NCBI GenBank assembly: GCA_039621445.1
Contig: CP154954.1
Coordinates: 1,054,001-1,118,000, forward strand
From: Euglena gracilis
Taxonomy: Eukaryota
Length of the DNA: 64,000 nucleotides
Reading direction: 5' to 3'
In this document: one piece after another, positions 38,993 to 52,880 of the stretch
How positions within the stretch are numbered: position 1 is the stretch's first letter
Layout of the letters: every line of letters begins with the position of its first letter
Position numbers and translations under genes: made by a program
Notes under the pieces: generated by a model
The model's input: only the letters and a program-made list of their open reading frames with translations
Database searches by the model: none
Told to the model about the DNA's origin: nothing

Positions 38993-41900
38993 ATGGTAAA
39001 TGGTTGTAGAGTACGCTCTAATTTATTAGATTTGTGAATTAATTCTTAACTTTGGTTTTATTTATTACAAATAAATAAATAATTTTTTTTGGTATGTTTA
39101 TGTTAGATAAAAATTTTACTGATGATACAACGAAATAGTTTTCGCTCCTTTTTAAAAAAGGGTTTGGTAGAAGAGTTAAGAAAAATAAAAGATATAGCTC
39201 ATGAAGGCTTTAGGATAAGCTTTCAAACAGATAATGTGAAATATAAAAAGCCTAAAATATCTGCTGAATTTGCATTGAAAAACGGGGAAACATACAGTTT
39301 ATCTGTTCATATACCTGTTGAAGTTACCTATAATAATATGTTCCTTGTTAGGAGAGATTTTTATTATTTTTCCTATTAATTTTATAATATATTTTTCATT
39401 ATAATAATAAGTTTTTTTTTAGCAAAAAAGAATTTATTATCTTATTAAATAAATATATATTATTTGCAAAAATTCCTTTAATGACTGAAAAAGGTACGTT
39501 TATTTTTAACGGTAATAAAAGAATTATGGATGTGGTTTATATTATTACTTTTAATTTTTTATTAATTATATTTATAAGTTAATTTTTTTTTAATTTTTAG
39601 GTTTGAGTTTTTTTAATTCATTTTTAACCAAATTATTCGTAGTCCTGGCGTTTATTTTGAAAAAAATCGTTATAATGATTCCATATTTGCGACGTTAATA
39701 CCAACTTTTGGTAGTTGGTTAACTTTTAAAATTGATGTGCGTTTTTAAATGTTATTTAGTAATTTGGATTTTTAAATTATATTTTTACATTAAATTAAAT
39801 TCTTTTTTAAAATTGAAAATTTTTTATATTTGGGTCAAGACGAGGGAATTTTCGTTAAAGTAGACAAAATAAAGACAGCTATACCTTTAATAAATTTTTT
39901 GAAATGCTTAGGCCTATCCCGAAAAAAATTTTTTTTGTATCTTAACGATCCTATTTTTATAGAAACGTTACAAGAAAGTGAGTCTTATGGTATTAGATTG
40001 GAATTTTTCGAATTTTATAAAATATTTTTTCCAAACGAAGTTAATGTTCGTTTTTTGAGATTTTTATATGTTTGATTTTATTATTTTATATTATTTTTTT
40101 AGTTAATAAGATATTAATATTTTTTTTATTTTTTCAGATGTTTTTTTATCTGAAAGGAAATGCCCGAAAATTTTTACGTTCAAAGTTTATGGATCTTGAG
40201 TTTATTCGTGTATTTTTTGTAATTTACAAAAGTTAAATTTTTTATAGATTATTTTAAAATTTTTTGATTTATTATTTTATGCCAGCATTATTAGCCGAGA
40301 TTAAACACGTAAATATGATTTGGGTGAAGTAGGTCGCTTTAGGGTTAATACTAAAATTTATAGATCCGAATTTTTTCAAAGTAATAGAACTTTGCAACCC
40401 GAAGATGTTTTGGGTATAGCTCATTATTTGATTGAGTTAAAGAAAGGTTGGGAAATAATGAAGAATAATAGTATCTTTATTTGTTTGTTTATTTAAATTT
40501 ATTAAAATTTTTATTTATTATAAAAATTTTTTAGCAATATTTTATTAATGATACCTTTTGATGAGATCGATGATTTAAAAAACAAATTAGTACGTAGTAT
40601 AGGTGAACTTCTTCAAAGTCAATTCCGAATTATTTTAAATGAATTAGAATCTAGTTTAAAAGAAAAATTGATATTTCTTTATAAAAATCCTTCTGAAAAA
40701 ACTTTTAGATTATCTAGATTTTTTAATTCTTACTTTATAACTAATCGTATTCGAAAGTTTTTTTCTGTTAATCCACTTTCTCAATTGTTAGATGATACAA
40801 ATTCTTTGTCTGAGCTTACACATAAAAGGAAGTTAAGTCCCTTTGGTCCTAATGGTCTTAATAAAGAAAGAACAAAGTTAGATGTAAGAGAAATAAATAC
40901 TAGTCAATATGGAAGGGTTTGTCCTATTGAGACAAGTGAGGGAAAAAATGCTGGTTTGATTTTATCTTTAGCAAAAGATGTAAGAGTTGATAAGTATGGA
41001 TTTTTAGAAAGCCCTTTTTATAAGGTTTTGAGAGGAAAGATAGAAACCAATAAAGGAATTTATTTTATTTCTTCTGCGCAGGAAAAATATTTTACAGTAG
41101 CTCCGTTTGATGTCTTTAGAAGTTCTCAAAGTAATCTTTTAGATAAAAATAAGCTTCTAGGTGTTAAAAGAAGTAAAATTTTTTCATATTCTTTCTCAAA
41201 AAATATTGATTTTATAAGTATTTCAACAGATCAATTTACTTCATTAGGTACAGGCTTAGTTCCTTTTTTGGAGCATAACGATGCTAATAGGGTTCTTATG
41301 GGTTCAAACATGCAACGACAATCTCTTATTTTATTGGAAAAGGAAGTTCCTTTTATAAAAACTGGACGCGAGGCTTTAATTAATCGAGAAAGTGATGCCA
41401 CGGTTTTAGCAAAAAGTAGTGGAAAAGTAATTTATTCTAGTTTAAAAAAAATAGTTATTCAAGAGGAAGAATATTGTGCTAATATTGAATTTTTTAATAA
41501 AAATTATTCTTTTTTTAATTTATTGGGGTGCTTAAATGAAATATCTCAAAAAAATTTTAAACTTATTAAAAAAGTTAACCAAAAAATTTATTTTTTAGAG
41601 TCTCCTAAGAAATCGAATCACGGTGTTTATATTCAGAAAATTCCTATTGTTCATGAAGGTGAGTGGGTTAGAAAAGGACAAATTATAGCTGATGGTATGA
41701 GTACATTAAGAGGTGGCATTTGTTTAGGAAAAAATGTTTTGGTCGCGTACCTTGGATGGGAAGGTTATAATTTTGAAGATGCCGTAATTATTAGTGAAAG
41801 GCTTGTTTTTGAAGATATTTTTACTTCTATACATATGAAAAAATTTAAAACTTTTATTGTAAATGATGAAAAAAAAGGTGTGCGAATTTAAATTTAGTTA

Positions 41901-43240
41901 ATTTTGAAAATTTAATTCTTAATTTTATTTTTCGTAAATTTTGGTATAAATATTATTTAGAGATATTTAATTATAACTTTTATTTGTTTTTAAAATTATT
42001 AATTTTTTTTATAACTTTTTCAAAAATTTATATTTAGCTTTTTTTCATATTTCATTATTAATGAAAAATTAAATTCAATTAAAATTTTTTGATTTAAATG
42101 AAAAATGTTTATTTTATTTAATAAAGCTAAATCTATTATTAGTTTAGATGTTTAGTTTGAAAACGAATATTAATTTGTTAAGTTTTAAGAAAATATTAGT
42201 ATGTTTATTCCTAATGCAAGTTTAAAAACTATTAAAAACTTGAAAAATAATGGTATTATTAAAATAGGTTCAGAGATTAAAGCACAGGATGTTTTAATTG
42301 GAAGAATTAAAGTTAAGTTAAAAATACGCCAAAAAATAAAATGTTAATAGCATTTTTTGGCAATAAGGTACGAAAAGACGTTTCTTTACGTTCTCCTCGC
42401 TCTTTGGTAGGTATTGTTACAAGTGTTGAGATTTTATGTAAAAAGTCGAATTGTTCTGTTCTTATTCATGTTGCCGAAAAACGCAGAATACAAATAGGTG
42501 ATAAAATTGCAGGACGGCATGGTAATAAAGGTATAATTTCGAAAATTGTTCCGTCTATAGATATGCCTTTTCTTCCTGATGGTACACCTGTTGATATGAT
42601 TTTAAATCCTCTAGGCATACCATCTAGAATGAATGTTGGTCAAGTCTTTGAAAGTTTGTTAAACTTGTCTTCTTTATTTTTGAAAGAAAGGTATAAAATT
42701 CAACCTTTTGATGAAGTCCAAACAAGTATGAATTCAAAATCTTTTGTGTATAAAAAATTAAATGAAGCGCGTAAAAGAACTAAAAAAGATTGGCTTTTTA
42801 ATCCAAATTATCCAGGAAAAGCCTTTTTATATGATGGTAGAAATTGTAGGCCTTTTGATCACCCTGTAGCTTTTGGTTATGCGTATATTTTAAAATTAAT
42901 ACATATGGTTAAAGACAAAATTCATGCGAGAGTTACCGGCCCTTATTCTTCAGTAACTCAACAACCTTTACGTGGAAAATCGAAAAATGGTGGACAAAGG
43001 TTTGGGGAAATGGAGGTTTGGGCTATAGAAGGATTTGGTGCTGCATATTTGTTGCAGGAGTTATTAACTATTAAATCTGATGATGTATTAAATAGATCAG
43101 AAGCGTTATTTAGTTTAATAAATGGTACTTATTTTTCTAAGCCAAATATTCCCGAAGCTTTCAAGTTATTTATTTTAGAAATGCAATCTTTATGTATTGA
43201 TATTAAAATTTTTACAAATAATTATAAAAAATTCGATTAG
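38993..43240 (+). CDS. rpoB: Plastid RNA polymerase beta subunit; about seven ~90-110 nt group III introns plus one ~310 nt group II-like intron (~41879-42187)
   Basis: KIPLMTEKGTFIFNG, GRVCPIETSEGKNAGL, NMQRQ, GYNFEDA, GDKIAGRHGNKG, GGQRFGEMEVWA. Confidence 0.95.
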
Positions 43241-43324
43241 TTAAATTTTTGAGTTATTTTTTTTTTTATGAAGTTTTTATGGTCAATTAAGACCTGATAC
43301 TTATTTTTATTTATTTTTGTATTT

Positions 43325-44852
43325 ATGAAAGATTATGTGAGAATAAAGATAGCTTCGCCACAACAAGTTTTAAGTTGGACGGAAAGATCTTTGCCTGATG
43401 GACGACTTATTGGTCGTTTAACAAATTTTGTGTTGATAATTAAAATAATTTAAATAAAATATTTATTTTTTATTTTATTTTATTTTATATTTTTATAATT
43501 TTTTTATTTAATTGTATTACCAAAATTTTGATTTTTTTTTTACAAAAGTAATAATAAAATTATTTATTTAAGTATAATTGTTATTTTTTTCCCTATCTTT
43601 TACAAAAATTTTTATTATTAATATTTATTAAGGTGGAAGATATGTTACATTTTGAAACAAAGAAACCCGTGTTTGGTGGATTACTTTGTGAGCGAATTTT
43701 TGGTTCAACCAAAACAAATCAATGTTTTTGTGGAAAATATAAAAAAATGTTTCAGAAGGGTTATGCTAATAACTTTGTTCTTGTATGTGCAAATTGTTTT
43801 GTAGAAATCAATAACTGTAACAGAAGGCGTTTTAGAATGGGCTAATGTGTTTTTTATGGGACTTTATAGAACAGATATTTTAACAATTTATTTATAATTT
43901 TAATTTTAATTTTTTATATTGTTGCAAGGAATTTTAATTTAATATCCTTTATATTGATTTAGTATTTCCATTAATTCATACATGGTATTTAAAAAGTAGG
44001 CCTTGTTATTTAGCAAATGAGAATTATTTTTAATATTAATCTGTTCTAAAAAATAAAAAAGTTTTTAATTTTTTAAAAATTTGATGAAATTTTATATTGT
44101 TTTTTTTAAGATATTTGTATGATTTAAATTTTGAATGACTAAAATTTTAAGTAATTAAACAATGAATCAAGTTTTATAAATTTTTTTATTTTTTTGTCAA
44201 TGCTTGTTTTTAACATTTTTAATCTTTTATTATGTTTGTTAAAAATGTAAAAAATATAAAAAAAATGTGTTTTATGGATTCATATATAAAAATTCGAAAT
44301 AATGATGGACAAACTGTAGGCATCTTGACTGGGGCAGAAGCTATTTGTTACTGCCTTTCTAAAATAGATTTAGAAAGCTTTTGTGCAATTTAATAATTTT
44401 TTTGTTTGAAATTTTTTTCTAAATTTTTATTATTTTTTAAAACATTAGAAAAATATTTTGAAAAATATTTTATTCAAGTAATAGAATTCTTATATAAAAG
44501 GTTAGTTTTGTGAATACTAGTTTTAAAATTATAATAAGGTAATTTTAATTGTAATCTTGTTTTAATGTTAAAAATTATTAGTTTTGTTTATGTATATTAT
44601 AGGGAATTTTTAATATTCACTAATTTGGCATTGAAAAATTAAAGGAGTATAATTTCGAAAAATATTTATGGTTGCGAAAAAAATTTATAAATCGTATAAA
44701 ATTAGTTAATGCTTTTATACAAACTAATACTAAGCCTATTTGGATCATGATTCATTTTTTACCAGTCTTACCTCCGGATATTAGACCCGTTGTAAAATTG
44801 CAAGATGGAACAGTTATTATGACTGATTTAAATTTTTTGTATATTGATATTA
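43325..44852 (+). CDS. rpoC1: Plastid RNA polymerase beta' subunit, 5' part with five introns; truncated at the fold-back
   Basis: MKDYVRIKIASPQQV, GGLLCERIFG, CFCGKY...CANC, RRFRMG, LPVLPPDIRP. Confidence 0.92.
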
Positions 44853-44857
44853 CGGGG

Positions 44858-46128
44858 TAAACAAAAGTGACTAATAATTTTTAACATTAAAACAAGATTA
44901 CAATTAAAATTACCTTATTATAATTTTAAAACTAGTATTCACAAAACTAACCTTTTATATAAGAATTCTATTACTTGAATAAAATATTTTTCAAAATATT
45001 TTTCTAATGTTTTAAAAAATATTAAAAATTTAGGAAAAAATTTCAAACAAAAAAATTATTAAATTGCACAAAAGCTTTCTAAATCTATTTTAGATAATCT
45101 TGAATAAATAGCTTCTGCCCCAGTCAAGATGCCTACAGTTTGTCCATCATTATTTCGAATTTTTATATATGAATCCATAAAACACATTTTTTTTATATTT
45201 TTTACCTTTTTACCCAACATAATAAAAGATTAAAAATGTTAAAAACAAGCATTGACAAAAAAATAAAAAAATTTATAAAACTTGATTCATTGTTTAATTA
45301 CTTAAAATTTTAGTCATTCAAAATTTAAATCATACAAATATCTTAAAAAAAACAATATAAAATTTCATCAAATTTTTAAAAAATTAAAAACTTTTTTATT
45401 TTTTAGAACAGATTAATATTAAAAATAATTCTCATTTGCTAAATAACAAGGCCTACTTTTTAAATACCATGTATGAATTAATGGAAATACTAAATCAATA
45501 TAAAGGATATTAAATTAAAATTCCTTGCAACAATATAAAAAATTAAAATTAAAATTATAAATAAATTGTTAAAATATCTGTTCTATAAAGTCCCATAAAA
45601 AACACATTAGCCCATTCTAAAACGCCTTCTGTTACAGTTATTGATTTCTACAAAACAATTTGCACATACAAGAACAAAGTTATTAGCATAACCCTTCTGA
45701 AACATTTTTTTATATTTTCCACAAAAACATTGATTTGTTTTGGTTGAACCAAAAATTCGCTCACAAAGTAATCCACCAAACACGGGTTTCTTTGTTTCAA
45801 AATGTAACATATCTTCCACCTTAATAAATATTAATAATAAAAATTTTTTTTAAAAGAAAGGGAAAAAATTTACAATTATCCTTCAATAAATAATTTTATT
45901 ATTACTTTTGTAAAAAAAAAATCAAAATTTTGGTAATACAATTAAATAAAAAAATTATAAAAATATAAAATAAAATAAAATAAAAAATAAATATTTTATT
46001 TAAATTATTTTAATTATCAACACAAAATTTGTTAAACGACCAATAAGTCGTCCATCAGGCAAAGATCTTTCCGTCCAACTTAAAACTTGTTGTGGCGAAG
46101 CTATCTTTATTCTCACATAATCTTTCAT
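44858..46128 (-). CDS. rpoC1: Inverted partial copy of rpoC1
   Basis: Reverse complement of 43325-44590; exon ORF 45607-45819 is identical. Confidence 0.88.
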
Positions 46129-46200
46129 AAATACAAAAATAAATAAAAATAAGTATCAGGTCTTAATTGACCATAAAAACTTCATAAAAAAAAAAATAAC

Positions 46201-49200
46201 TCAAAAATTTAAATAATCGAATTTTTTATAATTATTTGTAAAAATTTTAATATCAATACATAAAGATTGCATTTCTAAAATAAATAACTTGAAAGCTTCG
46301 GGAATATTTGGCTTAGAAAAATAAGTACCATTTATTAAACTAAATAACGCTTCTGATCTATTTAATACATCATCAGATTTAATAGTTAATAACTCCTGCA
46401 ACAAATATGCAGCACCAAATCCTTCTATAGCCCAAACCTCCATTTCCCCAAACCTTTGTCCACCATTTTTCGATTTTCCACGTAAAGGTTGTTGAGTTAC
46501 TGAAGAATAAGGGCCGGTAACTCTCGCATGAATTTTGTCTTTAACCATATGTATTAATTTTAAAATATACGCATAACCAAAAGCTACAGGGTGATCAAAA
46601 GGCCTACAATTTCTACCATCATATAAAAAGGCTTTTCCTGGATAATTTGGATTAAAAAGCCAATCTTTTTTAGTTCTTTTACGCGCTTCATTTAATTTTT
46701 TATACACAAAAGATTTTGAATTCATACTTGTTTGGACTTCATCAAAAGGTTGAATTTTATACCTTTCTTTCAAAAATAAAGAAGACAAGTTTAACAAACT
46801 TTCAAAGACTTGACCAACATTCATTCTAGATGGTATGCCTAGAGGATTTAAAATCATATCAACAGGTGTACCATCAGGAAGAAAAGGCATATCTATAGAC
46901 GGAACAATTTTCGAAATTATACCTTTATTACCATGCCGTCCTGCAATTTTATCACCTATTTGTATTCTGCGTTTTTCGGCAACATGAATAAGAACAGAAC
47001 AATTCGACTTTTTACATAAAATCTCAACACTTGTAACAATACCTACCAAAGAGCGAGGAGAACGTAAAGAAACGTCTTTTCGTACCTTATTGCCAAAAAA
47101 TGCTATTAACATTTTATTTTTTGGCGTATTTTTTAACTTAACTTTAATTCTTCCAATTAAAACATCCTGTGCTTTAATCTCTGAACCTATTTTAATAATA
47201 CCATTATTTTTCAAGTTTTTAATAGTTTTTAAACTTGCATTAGGAATAAACATACTAATATTTTCTTAAAACTTAACAAATTAATATTCGTTTTCAAACT
47301 AAACATCTAAACTAATAATAGATTTAGCTTTATTAAATAAAATAAACATTTTTCATTTAAATCAAAAAATTTTAATTGAATTTAATTTTTCATTAATAAT
47401 GAAATATGAAAAAAAGCTAAATATAAATTTTTGAAAAAGTTATAAAAAAAATTAATAATTTTAAAAACAAATAAAAGTTATAATTATCTCTAAATAATAT
47501 TTATACCAAAATTTACGAAAAATAAAATTAAGAATTAAATTTTCAAAATTAACTAAATTTAAATTCGCACACCTTTTTTTTCATCATTTACAATAAAAGT
47601 TTTAAATTTTTTCATATGTATAGAAGTAAAAATATCTTCAAAAACAAGCCTTTCACTAATAATTACGGCATCTTCAAAATTATAACCTTCCCATCCAAGG
47701 TACGCGACCAAAACATTTTTTCCTAAACAAATGCCACCTCTTAATGTACTCATACCATCAGCTATAATTTGTCCTTTTCTAACCCACTCACCTTCATGAA
47801 CAATAGGAATTTTCTGAATATAAACACCGTGATTCGATTTCTTAGGAGACTCTAAAAAATAAATTTTTTGGTTAACTTTTTTAATAAGTTTAAAATTTTT
47901 TTGAGATATTTCATTTAAGCACCCCAATAAATTAAAAAAAGAATAATTTTTATTAAAAAATTCAATATTAGCACAATATTCTTCCTCTTGAATAACTATT
48001 TTTTTTAAACTAGAATAAATTACTTTTCCACTACTTTTTGCTAAAACCGTGGCATCACTTTCTCGATTAATTAAAGCCTCGCGTCCAGTTTTTATAAAAG
48101 GAACTTCCTTTTCCAATAAAATAAGAGATTGTCGTTGCATGTTTGAACCCATAAGAACCCTATTAGCATCGTTATGCTCCAAAAAAGGAACTAAGCCTGT
48201 ACCTAATGAAGTAAATTGATCTGTTGAAATACTTATAAAATCAATATTTTTTGAGAAAGAATATGAAAAAATTTTACTTCTTTTAACACCTAGAAGCTTA
48301 TTTTTATCTAAAAGATTACTTTGAGAACTTCTAAAGACATCAAACGGAGCTACTGTAAAATATTTTTCCTGCGCAGAAGAAATAAAATAAATTCCTTTAT
48401 TGGTTTCTATCTTTCCTCTCAAAACCTTATAAAAAGGGCTTTCTAAAAATCCATACTTATCAACTCTTACATCTTTTGCTAAAGATAAAATCAAACCAGC
48501 ATTTTTTCCCTCACTTGTCTCAATAGGACAAACCCTTCCATATTGACTAGTATTTATTTCTCTTACATCTAACTTTGTTCTTTCTTTATTAAGACCATTA
48601 GGACCAAAGGGACTTAACTTCCTTTTATGTGTAAGCTCAGACAAAGAATTTGTATCATCTAACAATTGAGAAAGTGGATTAACAGAAAAAAACTTTCGAA
48701 TACGATTAGTTATAAAGTAAGAATTAAAAAATCTAGATAATCTAAAAGTTTTTTCAGAAGGATTTTTATAAAGAAATATCAATTTTTCTTTTAAACTAGA
48801 TTCTAATTCATTTAAAATAATTCGGAATTGACTTTGAAGAAGTTCACCTATACTACGTACTAATTTGTTTTTTAAATCATCGATCTCATCAAAAGGTATC
48901 ATTAATAAAATATTGCTAAAAAATTTTTATAATAAATAAAAATTTTAATAAATTTAAATAAACAAACAAATAAAGATACTATTATTCTTCATTATTTCCC
49001 AACCTTTCTTTAACTCAATCAAATAATGAGCTATACCCAAAACATCTTCGGGTTGCAAAGTTCTATTACTTTGAAAAAATTCGGATCTATAAATTTTAGT
49101 ATTAACCCTAAAGCGACCTACTTCACCCAAATCATATTTACGTGTTTAATCTCGGCTAATAATGCTGGCATAAAATAATAAATCAAAAAATTTTAAAATA

Positions 49201-50455
49201 ATCTATAAAAAATTTAACTTTTGTAAATTACAAAAAATACACGAATAAACTCAAGATCCATAAACTTTGAACGTAAAAATTTTCGGGCATTTCCTTTCAG
49301 ATAAAAAAACATCTGAAAAAATAAAAAAAATATTAATATCTTATTAACTAAAAAAATAATATAAAATAATAAAATCAAACATATAAAAATCTCAAAAAAC
49401 GAACATTAACTTCGTTTGGAAAAAATATTTTATAAAATTCGAAAAATTCCAATCTAATACCATAAGACTCACTTTCTTGTAACGTTTCTATAAAAATAGG
49501 ATCGTTAAGATACAAAAAAAATTTTTTCGGGATAGGCCTAAGCATTTCAAAAAATTTATTAAAGGTATAGCTGTCTTTATTTTGTCTACTTTAACGAAAA
49601 TTCCCTCGTCTTGACCCAAATATAAAAAATTTTCAATTTTAAAAAAGAATTTAATTTAATGTAAAAATATAATTTAAAAATCCAAATTACTAAATAACAT
49701 TTAAAAACGCACATCAATTTTAAAAGTTAACCAACTACCAAAAGTTGGTATTAACGTCGCAAATATGGAATCATTATAACGATTTTTTTCAAAATAAACG
49801 CCAGGACTACGAATAATTTGGTTAAAAATGAATTAAAAAAACTCAAACCTAAAAATTAAAAAAAAATTAACTTATAAATATAATTAATAAAAAATTAAAA
49901 GTAATAATATAAACCACATCCATAATTCTTTTATTACCGTTAAAAATAAACGTACCTTTTTCAGTCATTAAAGGAATTTTTTTTTTTTATTTATATTTAT
50001 TTAATAAGATAATAAATTCTTTTTTGCTAAAAAAAACTTATTATTATAATGAAAAATATATTATAAAATTAATAGGAAAAATAATAAAAATCTCTCCTAA
50101 CAAGGAACATATTATTATAGGTAACTTCAACAGGTATATGAACAGATAAACTGTATGTTTCCCCGTTTTTCAATGCAAATTCAGCAGATATTTTAGGCTT
50201 TTTATATTTCACATTATCTGTTTGAAAGCTTATCCTAAAGCCTTCATGAGCTATATCTTTTATTTTTCTTAACTCTTCTACCAAACCCTTTTTTAAAAAG
50301 GAGCGAAAACTATTTCGTTGTATCATCAGTAAAATTTTTATCTAACATAAACATACCAAAAAAAATTATTTATTTATTTGTAATAAATAAAACCAAAGTT
50401 AAGAATTAATTCACAAATCTAATAAATTAGAGCGTACTCTACAACCATTTACCAT
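46201..50455 (-). CDS. rpoB: Inverted copy of rpoB
   Basis: ORFs 46201-47253, 47559-48902 and 50069-50326 match the + copy. Confidence 0.93.
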
Positions 50456-51720
50456 TTCTCACAAAGTTCAAACAGTCTGTTTCTTTGATTTGACATTAAT
50501 AGTATAATGGATTTTTTAAAATTAATTTTAAATGCATATAAATTAACTAACCTTAATATTTAATAAAACAAAAAGTTCCCTTAAAAAAATAATGTTTTAA
50601 AACAATTACTTCGATGTTTATACAATTTTGCAGAAGTACTATTTTTCGCATTATTTTCATGGCCAAAATTAATTAACCAAGAACGAGCTTTTTTAATCCT
50701 TTATTTTCAAAGGCTTTCTTACGGAAGTTTGCAACCAACCTGTTAATGCTTACTTCTCTTTTAGTTTCATTACTCTCCATTATTAAAGACAAATTAGATG
50801 CTGAGTTAAATAAATAAATTTTCGAAAAAAATAAACGAACTCTTGTTAAATAATAGTTTTTTTATAACATAAATTTTGATATTACACTACATAAAACTAT
50901 TAGTTTTTCAAAAAAGTTGAAAAAATTAAAATGGTATTATATGAACAAATTGTTTTTATTAACTCAAAACTTTAAAAATTGAAAAATTTGCCTCTTTATT
51001 AAATTTGATACTAAAAAATTATTGTCTTGTTTTTTTCATATCATAGGAGTTTTCTAAAAATTTAATAATTTATATTTTTTTTTTTTTATTTACTTGTTCT
51101 TACCATTTAATAAAAATTTGGCTTTTATTAAAAAAATTTTTTCATTAAATATTATATTGAAATTTATAACGAAAACGATGCTCTAATTCTATATTTAGTT
51201 GATTAGATGGAAATTTGATAAAATTAGAACCATTTTTACTAATATAAATAGGTCAAGTGTTACACATACAATAGAGAAAATAAACCATAAAAAATTAAAG
51301 TATTTTTAACAAAATTGACGTACAATTTTTGTCCTAACTTGAAAAAATAACAATCTTCAATTCTTGTAATAGGAAAGTTTGGCAAATTTATGGTATTATA
51401 GTAAAATAACAAAGTTTAAACTAGCTCAATATTAGAAAAAATTTTAAGCAATAGTATAAATAATTATTAAATTGACAAAAAATCATAACCAAAAAAGTAT
51501 TAGAGTTCAAATTTTTAAGAGTCACTTTTTCTTTATTCAAAGATTGTCTTAAAAATTTCTTTACAAAAAGTTCAAACATGATGTTTTTTTATTATTTAAC
51601 TTGTTGAGAGAAAAATTTTTTATCAAAACTTTAAAGATTTTAACTACTTTAACAAAGAAATCGACAAAATTCATAAAAATCAATCAAAAACATACTCAAT
51701 ATTAATAAATAAACTCGCGA

Positions 51721-51836
51721 TAAGGGCACTAAAAGCTTTTCCCAGAAAGCAACCTTCCAAGTATCCATTTACCCTTTATGTTTAACTTGCAAGTTCGAAA
51801 TGTTTTAAGTGGATCCATAAAGACAAGAGCACCCTA
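51721..51836 (-). rRNA. rrf: 5S rRNA (terminal variant)
   Basis: Reverse complement of 37612-37727. Confidence 0.85.
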
Positions 51837-51923
51837 AAATAAAAGTTCATTCAAGAAACTTTTAAATCTTAAAAAAGTGACAAGTAAAAATAAATGTTTT
51901 GTTTTCATATAGGAAAAAATTTT

Positions 51924-52227
51924 CGGTCGGTTAGTATATCTCGGCTAAAATTGTTACCAATTGTACACCTAATACCTATCAAACGGTTCGTCTTACCGTG
52001 ACCTATGAAGAGTACTTATCTTAAGGTGGGCTTCCTACTTATATGCTTTCAGCAGTTATCCACTCCGCACTTGACTACCCAGCGTATTCTGTTGGCACAA
52101 AAACTGGTACATCAGTGGTGCGTCCTTCCCGGTCCTCTCGTACTAAGGAAAGCGCCTTTCAATACTCTAACGCTCACACCGGATATGGACCGAACTGTCT
52201 CTCGACGTTCTGAACCCAGCTCACGTA

Positions 52228-52262
<35 letters not shown>

Positions 52263-52279
52263 GTACTACCGCCCCAGGT

Positions 52280-52339
<60 letters not shown>

Positions 52340-52827
52340 CAGCCTGTTATCCCTAGAGTAACTTTTATCTTTTTACGACGGCCTTTCCATACAGCACCGT
52401 CGGGTCACTAAGACCGACTTTAGTCTCTGTTTGACTTATAAGTCTCACAGTCAAGCTTTCTTATGCCTTTACACTCCACAACTAATTTCCGTCTAGCCTG
52501 AGAAAACCTTTGTACGCCTCCGTTACTTTTTAGGAGGCTACCGCCCCAGTAAAACTGCCCACCTGAAACTGTCAATTATCATGATTGTACATAAGATTAA
52601 GATTAGATTTCTAGCTTTCTCAGAGTGGTATCTCATTTTTCGGCTCCCCGTATCCCAAAAGACAAGATCATAGCCTCCCACCTATTCTGCGCAAAAAAAG
52701 CCCGAAACCAATTTCAGGATACAGTAAAGCTTCATAGGGTCTTTCTGTCCAAGTGCAAGTAGACCGCATCTTCACAGTCAATTCTATTTCACCGAGTCTC
52801 TTTCTGAGACAGTGTCCAAATCGTTAA

Positions 52828-52880
<53 letters not shown>

